In this document: positions 12,421 through 25,225 of the stretch, one piece after another
Layout: each line of letters begins with the position of its first letter
How positions within the stretch are numbered: the first letter of the stretch is position 1
From: Curvularia clavata
Lineage: Eukaryota
Length of the DNA: 64,000 nucleotides
Assembly (NCBI GenBank): GCA_023920165.1
Contig: CP089274.1
Coordinates: forward strand, 4,402,001-4,466,000
Direction of reading: 5' to 3'
Position numbers and translations under genes: made by a program
The notes under the pieces: generated by a model
Told to the model about the DNA's origin: nothing
The model's input: only the letters and a program-made list of their open reading frames with translations
Database searches by the model: none

Positions 12421-13703
12421 ATGAGAACTGTACTGGTACAACCAAGGCGGATCAGAATGTTGATTGAAACGTAGCATTGCAGTGGGTGGAAAAGTTGGGT
12501 AGTCTTTTGATTATATTTCATCTTGGTGTTCACATGATACCCCATCACTAGGGAGAAAGAATCTATGTCTGGGGTTTTGTTGGCAAAGGAGTGCGGAGTT
12601 GTGTAGCTTGCTTACTACTAGATAAATATAGACAGATAAATCGGGATTTCCTGGTTCAAGATTGTACAGAATGATATTGGGTATCTCACGTCGTAGTCAT
12701 CGTTATTGTTTGTGAATAAAAGACCCGTGTTTGACTGTCTTGTCTCCGAAGTACTTGCGGACGATTTGTGATATGTAGCGTTGTTTGTCTGAAAAGGCTA
12801 GCTATGAAGTAAGTTATGCCCCAGCACGCGTACAGATTCACTACGGAACACTTCCATTTCTCAGCACATCTGCAAAAACTTTGACTTGCTTGACTTGCCA
12901 TATTAGTAGAGAAGCACAGGACGCGTGTGCTAGATTCTAATCTCTCCGTTGAGTAGATTTGTGGCGTGGAGTCCTGGAGTGAGTGATATCGGGCTCTCAA
13001 CGTTTCCTTCTCCTAATACTTGCCGCGTAGATACCCCGATATTCTCCCTCCTTCCATCAACCAATCCTCTCTCATCAATGTTCGGGTGGGCTCCTAGCAG
13101 GACACTGAGTGCGTATCACCGAAGATTGGCCCCAAAACGAGGCCATGGGTACAAAAACCATACCATTGAGATGCTGAAGAGGCTACAGGTATTATCAGTC
13201 AGAACACACTACTGAGATGCTAACGGTTTACAGGAAGCTAATAATAACCTACTCATTGTCCTATAAAAAACATGGGTTGCTAAGCTAGGAGGGCGGCCGC
13301 TCGAATGCGGACGGTTGCTGGAGCAACAGAAGCTGATCAGTTGAGACTCGGTTGATTTTTTACACCGTTTTTTATGGCACTGAAATAGGAGAGGCATGCA
13401 GAGAGTTGGGCGGCTGCTACATGCAAGGCTGGCTGCCTAATAACCGTATTGGGTAACTCCATAATAGCCGTCGATTGTAGTGATCCTAACCCTGCGCTAT
13501 CAGGCACACAGCTTGGCGCATGTACAATAATAGTCTATAGTCTGTTGATAGAAACAATTATGAGAATTATGAAAAAAGATATCTTACGCCCTTGCAGTTC
13601 AATGACATTTTTTAGGTACACGAGATTGAGGACAACGGCAAACACATTTCATGTATGATTACACTTGTCTTCTAACCTACTCTAAACGCTACAAGCCTGA
13701 AGC

Positions 13704-14885
13704 TTATTCCTCAATTGTCTTAACACACTCCCATCCGCCGCTCAGCCTCTCCTTCCACAGACTGACCCTGTTGTCGCCAGTGCTCACAGCCAAGGCGTTG
13801 CCGCTCAAACTCCAGCTAACGCGCCATGCCGCCGCATCGACGTCAAGCTTTGTGCGCTTCCACTCGCCGCGCAGGTCCGACGATGTCCAGATGATGACGG
13901 TCTTGTCCTGAGAAGCAGACGCAATGTATGACTTGGAAAGAACAGTAGGTGACCATGCGACGTCGCGCACCCAGTCCAGGTGACCTCCAGGAAGTATTTG
14001 TACGTTTTGCCAGCTGCCGCTCTCTGGGCTAAACTCCCAGATCTTGACCTGGCAGTCGCTTCCGCCAGTAACTAGTCGTCTTGCAGCGCCCGCTTGGTTG
14101 CCGCTCGCGCCAACGATCTGTCCAGGCGCAACAGCGGGAGCCCAGGATACGGCGTTCACCCCGCTACCATGGGCCTGGAAGATTTGGTGTGTCCAGTTGT
14201 TGTCCTTGAATTCGAGGACCGAGACATTGCCGTCGGTGGATGCGCAGGCGAGCAGGCAGCCTGCCTCATGGGGAGCCCATGCGACAAGGTTGACCGAAGC
14301 AGTGTGGAGAGCGACCTCGTAGATCTTCTGCCAGCTGTTGGCCTGCTCGCGCCAGATGAGGACCTTGCCGTCGTACGAGGAAGAAGCGAGAATGTTGCCG
14401 TACTTGGGGTGTGCCCACGCTACGCTCCAGACAGCGCCTTCGTGGCTGTTGATACGTTAGCTCAGGACTCAGACAGATGCAATTGCCAGAGTTGTTGTTT
14501 CTTTGCGCCGTCCCGTCAGGCTATGACGTACCCTCTAAGTGTCTCTACCAATGTGTGCTTGTCGCCTTCCACCTCAAAGATCTTGATTGTCTTGTCCGAA
14601 GAGCAAGTCGCTAACCGTCTGCCGTAGTAGTCGAGGACAGCATCGTGCTGTACAATGTTAGCTTCCACTTGAACATGTTGAAATTGGAACTGCAACCACC
14701 CATTGCGCCAGCTGGTGTGACGTCGGGTGACATATCAATGGGGAATATTAGGAGGTGTGTAGACGTACTATCATATCATCGTGACCGGAATTTGCTATAA
14801 CGTTCGCCTGCAATGCGAAGAAGCCAAGTTAGCGGGTCGGGTTCCGTTGGGTGCGTGAGCAGGTGGGGGAGGGTGTGCGTGCCAT
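13704..14885 (-). CDS. SEC13: COPII/nuclear pore WD40 protein Sec13
   Basis: Exons 14885-14883 (ATG only, inferred), 14807-14769, 14647-14532, 14445-13704. Spliced protein [37 protein letters not shown]...[13 protein letters not shown]...WVRDVAWSP is typical Sec13. Confidence 0.95.
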
Positions 14886-15056
14886 TTTCACTGTAGACCA
14901 GCAGTGGGACGTATGACTGGTTGTAGAAGACTGTCGAGCGAGGAATAGTGTGTTGGAGGTGAGTGCGCAGGCAGAAGTGTATAAAGGCGCGTCCAGACGT
15001 GTCCACAGCTGTGGAGTGTAGACGGTGCTGTGGCCTCAATGCAGGGGTCTAGCGAT

Positions 15057-15097
15057 GGGATTGATTAGATTAGATGCGATTAGATTAGATCAAATCA
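15057..15097. repeat. (GATTA)n-like repeat in the short divergent SEC13/VPS37 intergenic region
   Basis: gggattgattagattagatgcgattagattagatcaaatc lies in the roughly 290 bp gap between head-to-head genes. Confidence 0.6.
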
Positions 15098-15172
15098 GCT
15101 CGCACTAGCGTCGACCAATGCCGCGTCACATGCAACCACCGCCTGGAGCATCCAAAGTCTACTACTCATACC

Positions 15173-16010
15173 ATGGCATACTCGTCTCCACGCCACTCAC
15201 AACAATTCTATCAGTACGACGCATCGACGCCGCCACCTCCGCCACCAAAGCCAGGTCGGACGAGTGGAAGTGCAACACCTCAGGGCCCTCCATTGCCTCC
15301 ACCCCCACCGGGTCAGGCATCGTCATCTGGGGCAGACCCGCAGCAACATTTGCAGGCACAGTATCAACAACATCCACCAGAAGTTTCCGATCAATTGGCA
15401 GTTTTGCCACCTGAAGAGGGCTGGCTCCCTGACGTACTCAAAGACAAATCGTGCGTCAGCTCTTCCATGTTAACGAGCCGTCTACTAAGATACACGCAGG
15501 ACCAAGGATTTGCATCATGTGTTACAGACACCAGAACTGCAGCATGCTATAATTCACAATCCCGAAACAAGACATGCTTCATTACCCGCATCTACAGCAC
15601 CTTTGCAAACGCTACTAGCGCAGAACATCAGTCTTGCTGAATCACTCAAGCAGCTCGAGACCCATGTCCGACACCAGCGCGATGACGTACAGTCGCGGCT
15701 GCTAGCGCTGCGAGCTCTGGAGCGGCAGTGGAGAGCAAAGCAGAGCGAGCAAGATGAAGCATTGCGAGAGTTCAGTCCGCCCGCTCTGTACCAGCGATTG
15801 AGTGCCGCCGTGGGTGAGCAAGAAGCCCTGTGCCGAGGACTGGAAGAGAGCTTCCTGGACGGCGAAGGACTAGGTGGCGGAGATGCCGTGGCCAGCGACC
15901 GCGAAGTGACGGACTTTGTGCGACGGTTGCGAGAGGGACGCAAGGTTGCCTATCTTCGTGCCGAGCGAAAAGAGCGCTGGGACGAGGGGCGAGTTGGTGG
16001 ATGGCGTTGA
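15173..16010 (+). CDS. VPS37: ESCRT-I subunit Vps37-like (Mod(r) domain) protein
   Basis: Exons 15173-15450 and 15500-16010. Pro-rich N-terminus, coiled coil, and C-terminal FSPPALYQRL..EESFL..FVRRLREGRK..RKERW pattern of the Mod(r) domain. Confidence 0.75.
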
Positions 16011-17287
16011 GGGGTGATGTGCAGCTTATCGACGTGGAGCCAGGGCGCGGGGCCCCTGGCCATGGAGACGGAGCAGTACGAGGTGGCTCGGGCGCCTCCA
16101 ACGGCGGCGTCCATGTAGTGTCAGATTGGGACAACCAAGACGACGATTAGACTCTGGATGAATTGAAACACTCTTCGCAATTGCTAGGACGCTTGGAATA
16201 GCGAGTGTTGCATAACGAAGCTGCCATGGCATAGGGGGTTATGCAAGTCACGGGCAGGCAGAGTGTCACGTCCGTGTGCGTGTCAGTGTCAAAATGCGGC
16301 CATTATGCGTGAACAGCTTGGTCGCCCAGCTCCGAGGCAATTTGGTCTCGATTGTGGTGTAAGATTGCAATAGTCAGGGGTCCAGTTGATATCGTCTTCA
16401 CAGCCACCGTCGCCGCTCCGATGGGATGAATCAAATGTCCGGCTGGACTCGTCTCCGCGACTCGATGGCACGACTCGGTAGTCGTCGAGCACGGCCTGTC
16501 GTTCGCACCGCGACGCTCCAGCCATCTTCTAAAATGGGGCGCTCTTGGCACAGACTTGCCCTTTGGGGTGCTGCTCGAAATTGCGTGCCCCAGTCGGCCC
16601 AATGCGTGCGAGGTCAATGCAAGCCACCCGTTGCGGGTGCTAGTTGGAAAGATAGTCGTACTGCTACCACGTACCACTACGTACACCACCCTCGTAGAGC
16701 CGCGCTATGCTGCTAGACGACACTGCACGCCGTATGTCGCAGCTCGGCGCAACTGTGGACAGAACGACAGCAGTTTTCCTTGGAGAGCCCGCGGAGTGTT
16801 TCACGGCCGCATCCTTGACACCCTGTCGCCACCCTGCATGTCAAAAGGCTCCCGGAGAGGGCGACATGGCAGCAATAGCAGAGGGCTTTGAATGCAGCAT
16901 ATCCGCCGAATCAACGTCGACAAGACGCCGCACCATACCACTCTCCACCCTCCACGCTGCACCGTGAGCGGCTCAAAGGATGGGCATCCTGGCTGATTGG
17001 ATGGATGAAAAAAAGGTACCTGTAGATCCGAGCGCTACCCCTGGCCTTGCACCCCCCACTCAGGTCAGCGAACCGCCCATGACAGGCTGCCGAGTCTAGC
17101 ACGCGCGCGCGGATTCGACCAATTCGCGGCCCTGCGATCGCCCAGAGACCTCCAAGCGCCCCGGCGGCTGCTAGTGAACTCTCCTTTTGCCAGCAGCCGT
17201 CTTTGGCGACCCTCTCGACCTCTCGCCTCAAGCCCATCATTGGATTTGTGCAAGGCCATGGTTATCGCGGGGGAATAACAACTCAGT

Positions 17288-20200
17288 ATGCAGACTGTCC
17301 AAGCGCCCACCGCCTCGCCGCCTCGCCAAAAGGGCTCGTCCCTGGCCTCCATTGCCATCTCGTCCTTTGCTGCCTTTCGGTCGCAAGCTCCCCAACCCCA
17401 ACCCCAACCTCAACCTCTACCTGCTCCGCCTCTGGGCCTCCAGTCACCGCCAATCCGCAGGAAGCCTCTACCGGTCGACTCGCCCATAGTTGGACGCTTC
17501 CCTGTCGATCACTTCATTAATCCCACTAGTACTACTACCACTACTACCACTACTACTGCCTTTAAGGAGAACCCGACGCCCGCCGCAGGTAAATCATCGC
17601 TGAACAACATCCTCGAACCCCCCGTAACCGACGAAGACCTCTTCGTGCCCCGTAACCTCGACGAGTAAGTCACGGCTGTACCTGCGTCGCGCTTTCCCTT
17701 TGTCGTAGCTGACAGCTCGTATAGCAACCCGCACGGCAAGACACCCATCACAGTAACTGCCCCCCAACCTGCACATAGCTCCCCCAAGGCCTCTCCTGTC
17801 ACGCTCAACCCGCCTGTTCCCAGGAATGATCGACCCGCTAGCAGCATACACCCCCAGCAACTAAGCAGGACAGAGGCGCTGAGGGCCTTTGGCATAAGTG
17901 GAGTACACGCCCGGTCTCCTACTATGCCGAATATGCCATTATACACCAACAGTAATACACAACAAGCAGAACAAAAACAAGGTCCGGACGGCGTCACGGA
18001 CGACTTCATGGACGACTATTCCTACAGCCCTGAAAGAGACTCGCGATCAAAACAAGGCAACAAGCCCAAATCACCAGCAGCTGGAGGCTTCACCTCTTTC
18101 TTTGGCTGGAACTCTCGCCAACAGAACGGCCCAGAGTCACCGAGCGCCTCCTATCCAGACCATTCTCAAAACCCTGATTCTCCACGCTTCAGCAAACCCA
18201 CCAAGGCTAAGCCCAACGGCCTCGATATTCCCGCTGCCAACTCAATGAGCTCCTACTTCAACGTCCCTGGAACCCCACTTTTGTCATCGTCGCCCCAGAT
18301 GAACGCTCACGTTGAGGAGTTGGAGCGCGAGCTGCGCGAAGTCAGTTCCGAGCTCGCAGCTTCAATCCAAAGGGAAATGGAACTAGAAGATGAGGTTGAG
18401 CGCTGGAAGACCGAGAATGCCGGTGCTTTCCCGGACAATCGACGCACCAGTGACTACTACTCAGACTCGGGCACTAGCTCGATCCGTTTCCCCATTACTG
18501 ACCCAGAATCCAAGCTTGAAGAGCTCGATACGCAGCGGAGGAAAGCAGAGCAAGAGCGTGCGACCCTCAAAGTGCGCATGGCCGAGCGCTTGCAGGAAGA
18601 GCTCCGCCGACGCAGGGATCTGGAAGAGCAGGTGCAGCAGCTTGAAGACCAGGTTAGCGACAAGTCAAGAGTAGGCTCCGTTGTTGAAACACCAAAAGTC
18701 AAAGAGCTGGCAATGTCGCTTGAAGATGCAAAAAGGCGTCTGGCAGAGGAACGACAGGTCAAGGAGAACTTTGAAGACCTTCTATCGGCGCTTCGCGAAG
18801 AGCTCGAGAAGCACCGTAATGAGGCTGACAATCTGCGAGACGAAGTCGTTCCACAGCTCAGGGCACGACTAGAAGTCTTGGAGGCTGATGCCGCTGATAC
18901 TGAAAGGCTCGTATACGAGTCGAGTCGCATGCAGCAAGAGATCAAGCAACTACGAAGCGAAAATGAGTCGCTTGTCAAAGCCCGAAAGCAGCAGCTACTA
19001 CAACAGCAGGCAGGCCAGCCTGTCCAATTCCAATCTATTGCAGAGGAGGCAGACATTGCACCTCTACCAAACATGCGCGTCGGTCTGACGCGTTCAAATT
19101 CGCTGGCTCGCAGCTCGGCCGGAATCAACTCCAAGAGGGGCTCACTGTCACGGTCCAACTCGGTCAAGGACAGGTCAGGTGATATGTCCCCCGTCGGCGC
19201 CCCGGCTGCCAGCAATCCAATGAAGGAACTCGAGGAGCAGCGAGATGCCCTCCACAAGGCGCTGAAGCATTTGCTTCAACGGCAAGAGATGCAGCAAAGA
19301 GAGTTCCAGCGCCGCATCAGGGAGGTGGAGGCTGAAAGGGATGCCGCTCTGAACCTCACCCCCCGGCGAACTGCATTCCACAAGGAGGTCACAAGTCTGC
19401 GACGGGAAGTCGATTCTCTTCGACGTCGTGCGGATGAAGCACTTGAACAGAAATGGCAGTGCGAGAAGGGTCTAGGTGGGCTACGAATGGACCTGGACCG
19501 CGCCCAGCAAGAAACAAGCTCGCTTCGCGACCTCCTCCGTGAACACGACATTACGATACCCGAGATTCGTATTGAAAACGAACCATTGGCCTTGGACAAG
19601 GCCTACAACGAGCTGCGAACTACGCACGCACTTTCTCTTGCCCGCGTCAAACAGCTGGAAACCAACGACGCAGATTCGCTTGGAGCCGCCAGCGCTGAAA
19701 CCGAGCGAACGTTGGATTTGCTCAGGCAGAGCATTTCTGATGCCGAAGCTGAACGCGACTATGCGCAAAAGGAGGCCGAGCAGTACCGTCAACAAGCTCG
19801 TGCCCTTCAACAATCTGAGATTGACCATCTTGGGAAGGAGCAAGAGCTTAGCAAGGAGCTCTTTGCTGCTGCGACAAGAATGGATGAACTGTCTGACAAG
19901 ATCCAACGTCAGTTGGCAGCCAACAACTCCCTCCGCAAACGTCTCACTGAAGCCATTACTCGTGGCGAACAAGAGCAGCAGAAATCAACAGATCAAATTG
20001 TTCAGCTCGAGAAGAGGCTCAAGGCGGCAGAGGACAAGGTCATGCTTGCCCAGCAGTCATCGGAAGAGGCTATTGCACGCCACGAAGACGAGGTGCAAGC
20101 CCTCAAAGAAGGCCATACCAACCACTTGCGCCGTGTCAAGTCTGGACTACTCAGCCCTTCGGCCTTTTCGCCTAAGCTGCCTGCCTCTCCTGTCTTTTCA

Positions 20201-20538
20201 TCGAGGTCGCCTCGTCTCTCTGTAACGACCAGCGGACCAGCTATGACATTCGCTGAAGCCACAAAGACAGAGATGCTCGAGAAGCGGGTCGAGGAGCTCG
20301 AGAAGGCTCTCCGAGACGCTGATCACGAGATGGAAGAAGTTGTCGGCCGCATGAACCTCGCTCAGATGGAGGTGGCCGACTTGCAATTCGAGAGGTACGT
20401 CTTTCCATGCAAACCCTTTGGTATACATGCTAACTTTGTTACAGGGACGAAGCTATGAGACAGACTAGGGGTCTGCAAGCCGAGATTGTTGCTGAGCGCG
20501 AGAAGGTCAAGGCCTTGATGGCGACGACAAGCGCCTAA
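17288..20538 (+). CDS. Large coiled-coil protein of unknown function, conserved-looking in filamentous fungi
   Basis: Exons 17288-17664, 17725-20394, 20445-20538 join in frame. Long heptad-rich E/L/R/Q region after a Pro/Ser-rich N-terminus. Confidence 0.85.
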
Positions 20539-21674
20539 GTCAGCAATACACAGAGGCTACGGCACCCACCCACTACCTAATGTTTTCTTCTAACCGCCGC
20601 AACTTGTTCGGTACCATTGTACCGTATTCGGCCCACACACTTGAGCATCTTCAGCGTTTGCCAACCGGCCATTGCATTTACACGGGAGCCACGATCCTAC
20701 GCATACTACTCTTCACCTTTACATATATTGTGTTACTATATACTTTTTTGCCTTTGGGCGTTCGGCCGCTTTTCTGGCCGTGTTCTATACCCGGCGGCGG
20801 TACAGCGTTACGCAACCTTTTTTGTTCAGCCGGCGGCAGTGTCTTGAAAAGAATGGACTGGCTGTTGGAAGTTTGGGAGCTCTCTAGGCTCGTTCTGGAT
20901 ACAAATGTGTTACTGTAGCTGTACTATAATGGTGTAATGGATGATGGTCGAATGTCGCTCAATCAATGTCTCTCCATCTTACTGTGCCAGTCGCCACGTA
21001 TGTAGGACTACACGTGCCACAATTGGGAGTGTGCTGCCGCCGAATCGAGTGAGGTGCAACGTTTTTGTATCACTGGCCCACGCTGCTTCCCCGCATGGGC
21101 TGCTTCCACATGGCTTCTTTTCACATGGCTGATTTGGCTGGGCGCTGTATGTGTGCGCCCATGTGGTCATGTCTTTGATTGGGTCGGGGACGGTGGCGTA
21201 TCGATAGCCTAGTACTGTACGTACTCGATTCTGGGTGCCTCGAGGTGTACAGCAACGGCGCAATTCGCTTAACCGGGCATGCGCCGTGCTGACTCAAAGT
21301 GGCCATGGGGGAAGAGGCAGAATGAATAAGTCAAACGGCCGCGGTCTTGTGCTACAGTTGTCTTCTTGAAACGCACGAGTTGCTGCTTGGCCGTGTCGTG
21401 CTCCCCGCTCGCGGTTGGTCCCTGCGCCCTAAACTTATCCCTGACCGAGCTACTGCACCAGTCCCCAGCACCTCCCTCTCCTTGCCAGCAGTGCCTTGAA
21501 GATTCCTCAGACGTCGCCGTGGACCTTTGCTCAACCAACTGAGCGTGTAGGTACCGCTACTCCTCGTCATCTAGACATCTCTGCCGCTTGTGCTGCCAGT
21601 CTCGTGCTCGACTTGATACCCAACACCAACTACACCGACTCCCCCCTCCTCACGAGCGATTGCGGCCGCCCAAC

Positions 21675-23763
21675 ATGAACAACAATAACAACAACAACCA
21701 GCAGGGCAACCGGCTGCAACTCAACTTTGGCTTCAACAATGGGGACCGAAACAACCAGTACCAGCAGGAGGCCGGCCGAGCGTTCCCCACGACCCCCTCG
21801 ACCTTCCCGCAACCTGTATACCCGAATCAGGCTGGCCAGCAGGAGGTCTGGGGCACCCAGCAGCAAGGCAATGGCTACGGTAGCGGAGGCTACTTCATGA
21901 ACCCTTACCAGCAGGCACAATACCAAGGACAGCAGGGAAACCTGCAGGGCCAGGGCAGTCAACGCTTCGATCAAAGTGCCAACGGCCTCGCCCAGCAACT
22001 GTCACACCAACATCTTGGCGGCGGTCGCTCAGGAAGTCCCTATGGCCGTCAAGGCTCCCCGAACCCCACCCGTCCCCGTACCGCAGACAACAGGAGTTAT
22101 GGTTATGGAAGCCAGGGCGGCTCCGTCCCGCGACCATCTTCGCTGTACGACGAAGAGGCCCCGCAAAGGAACCCGGGGAAATACTCTGAAAACGTAGAGA
22201 AGCAGGCCATGATGTCCAAGAGCCTTATCAATACCTTTTTCAAGGACAGTGTCCAGCGAGCACGCGACAGGAACCAAAGGTAGGATTCGTTCGCCTCTTT
22301 TCTCTACCTGCAACCAACTGATCTTGGCACAGAGCACTTGAACTCGAGGCCCTTATGAAGGAACCTTCCATCTCCGACAGCCGAAAGGCAAGCAAGGAGA
22401 ACAGCATGCGCCGCGCCGAAGTCGAATACCTGCGATTCCTGCGAACAAAAGAGAAGCCCGAGAACTTTACAACATTAAAGATTATCGGCAAGGGTGCCTT
22501 TGGAGAAGTCAAGCTGGTTCAGCGACGCAACGATGGCAAGGTCTATGCGCTCAAGTCGCTTGTCAAACAGGAAATGGTATGCAGATGCCGAAACATGAGA
22601 GCTTGTTCAGCATGCTAACATCCAGCAGTTCAAGAAGGACCAGTTGGCCCACGTACGATCAGAACGTGACATTCTCGCCGAGTCTGACAGTCCATGGGTT
22701 GTCAAGCTACACACCACTTTCCAGGACAACACTTTCCTCTACATGCTTATGGAGTTCTTGCCAGGTGGTGATCTGATGACCATGCTCATCAAGTATGAGA
22801 TCTTCACCGAGGACATTACCCGTTTCTACATGGCCGAGATAACGCTTGCGATTGAGGCTGTTCACAAGCTTGGTTTCATACACCGGTATGTACTTTGGTG
22901 GTCAGTCATACGCTAGCTCACTAACACGTCCCAGTGATATTAAGCCTGACAACATCCTTCTTGATCGTGGTGGTCATATCAAGCTGACGGATTTCGGTCT
23001 TTCCACCGGTTTCCACAAGGAGCACGATGCTTCATACTACAAGAAGCTGCTTGCTGGCGGTGCACACAAGTCGAACCGCGACAACCGACAGTCGATGAAC
23101 CTGGACCAAATTCAACTGACTGTCAGCAACCGTACTCAAATCAACACATGGCGTAAGTCTCGCCGACAGCTCGCCTACTCCACCGTCGGTACCCCCGACT
23201 ACATTGCGCCAGAGATTTTCAGTGGTCAAGGATACGACTACAGCTGCGATTGGTGGTCAGTTGGCACAATCATGTTTGAATGTCTTATTGGCTGGCCACC
23301 GTTCTGCGCTGAAGAGCCTCACGACACATACCGCAAGATTGTCGACTGGCCACGCAACCTGCACTTCCCTCCAGACCAACAACTCGGTGCCGAGGCTGAG
23401 GACTTTGTGCGAAGGTATGTCTTCTCAGTTGTTTTCACTATCTAGTTCGCTGCTAACAAAAGTAGACTCATCTGTGACGCTGACCACCGTCTTGGTCGCA
23501 TTGGTGGCGCCAACGAAATCAAGCAGCACCCCTTCTTCCGAGGCGTGTCATGGGACGGCCTGCGCCGCATCCGCGCACCTTTCGAGCCCAAGCTGCAATC
23601 CAACATTGACACACAATACTTCCCCATTGATGAGATTGACCAAAACGACACCTCGGCTGCCCACAGGGCACAGGCAGCACAAGCAGGCGATGACGACTAC
23701 GCGACGAGCTTGCCATTCATTGGATACACCTACAAGCGATTCGATGCCTTCCGCGGTTCGTAG
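21675..23763 (+). CDS. cot-1: NDR-family Ser/Thr kinase COT1/Cbk1/Orb6
   Basis: Exons 21675-22279, 22333-22576, 22629-22885, 22935-23414, 23466-23763. [43 protein letters not shown] and hydrophobic motif [13 protein letters not shown]-rich N-terminus. Confidence 0.97.
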
Positions 23764-24486
23764 ACTCAGCAGCTCTTATACCCACATTGTCCGAGTCCAA
23801 GCTCTTCGTCTGCTTGCAACTTTGTCTACTGCTCCCTGTCTTTGCCTGGTGGACCAACCGTGATGGGAGCACAAAGCATTCCAAGCATCTTTCTATAACA
23901 CCTTTCTGAGTTCAAGCCTTTTTACCTTCAACACAAAGAGAAAGTCAAGTTTTCTTTTTTTCCGGTGCATTATGGAGAAATGGGCGATATGCGAAGTGGA
24001 GTTTTGTTAAAAAGAGAGGTTTTACAGCAAAGAAGATATATATATATATCTCAATTGAAATCATCTTGGGCTATATTTGGGACTCTGTGACTTGGCCTGA
24101 TTGTGTCTGAGCAGCATTTGGTTCAGTTTTTCGTGCTAAATAACTGCATTTCCTGATTTGAAAAGGTGTGATGGTTTGACTCGTGTTGCTTTTTTTTTGG
24201 TACGGCTGCGTGAAAATAACATGTCCGTCGCCGGTTTCCCAAAAAGTATGCGCCGTTTTTCTTCCCGTACCCGCTCAAGTCTCCTTTGCCGTCTTTTATG
24301 TAGGGAAACTCAAAGTTCTCATGGCCTAGAGGGAACCGCGTTGACGTCCCTCACTCCCTGTCTGTCCCGGTATCGCATCGCATCGTATCGCCCGTACTCT
24401 CTCCTTTCTTATCTCTCATTACTTCCTCAAACCCTTCGTCGCCGCCTCATAACCAAATCTAGTTCAATCGTTCGCCATGCGCTCAC

Positions 24487-24829
24487 TCATCGCGCTTCAA
24501 ACTGGACCATACTAGACTTCTCGTTAGCCTCTCTTCTCTTATATTCCCTTCTCTCTTTCTCCCCCTCTTTTCTGGTTCTTCCTCCCGCCCAGGCGCAACC
24601 CCAGGCGCAACCACAAAGAAAACTGGATATGAGATTGATCTTACCGGTTCGTCCTCTGCTTGTACAGTACGCGGTGTCCACAGTTACGACACCGGATGGG
24701 TTCTCCGCGCTTCAGAGGAACGTCCATGTCGCAGTCGCCGCATTTGTAGTGTACGGTGCGCGCGGTTGCATCGACCGAGGTGCTAGTTTGGTCGTGGGTG
24801 TTGGCGCCACCAGAGTATTGTTGGGACAT
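24487..24829 (-). CDS. RPC10: RNA polymerase I/II/III common subunit RPABC4 (Rpb12/Rpc10)
   Basis: Exons 24829-24645 and 24511-24487. YKCGDC..LKRGEPIRCRNCGHRVLYKQRTNR|MVQFEAR*. Confidence 0.96.
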
Positions 24830-25225
24830 GTTGAGTTTTTGGTTTTGGGGTGTAGGTTGCGAAGAGCTGGGGAGGAGGTTGTGGCGGTGAGTGCGAAGAG
24901 TGGTGGTGTAGGGTGTGGAAAGGCAGAAGGGAAGGGAAAGAGGTGACGGGCGCAAAAGGTTCGGGCGCGATGGCACGTGCCTGGCGGCTTTTGCCTTATC
25001 GATTGAGAGGACGGCAAGTGGCGTGGGACTGCCTACGTATTGGGTTTTGGATCAAAGGATGAAAGAAAAACAAGATCCCAGAAAACCGTTAATGGGAAGC
25101 TTTTGAATATTGTGATGAATACTTGTACAAATTATTCTCACTTATTCTAAGAGACTGAGGACCAAAACTACACTTTAGAGAGAAAATTCTAATTCAAAAT
25201 TCTCATTTTGGCTATTGGACTACTC

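Noticed and set aside
11104..12477. Antisense and alternative-frame ORFs over the AA11 gene
   Set aside because: Shadows of the codon bias and hexamer repeat of the real CDS.
24158..24946. 262-aa plus-strand ORF
   Set aside because: Antisense to RPC10 and its intron and UTR; TTG start and no motifs.
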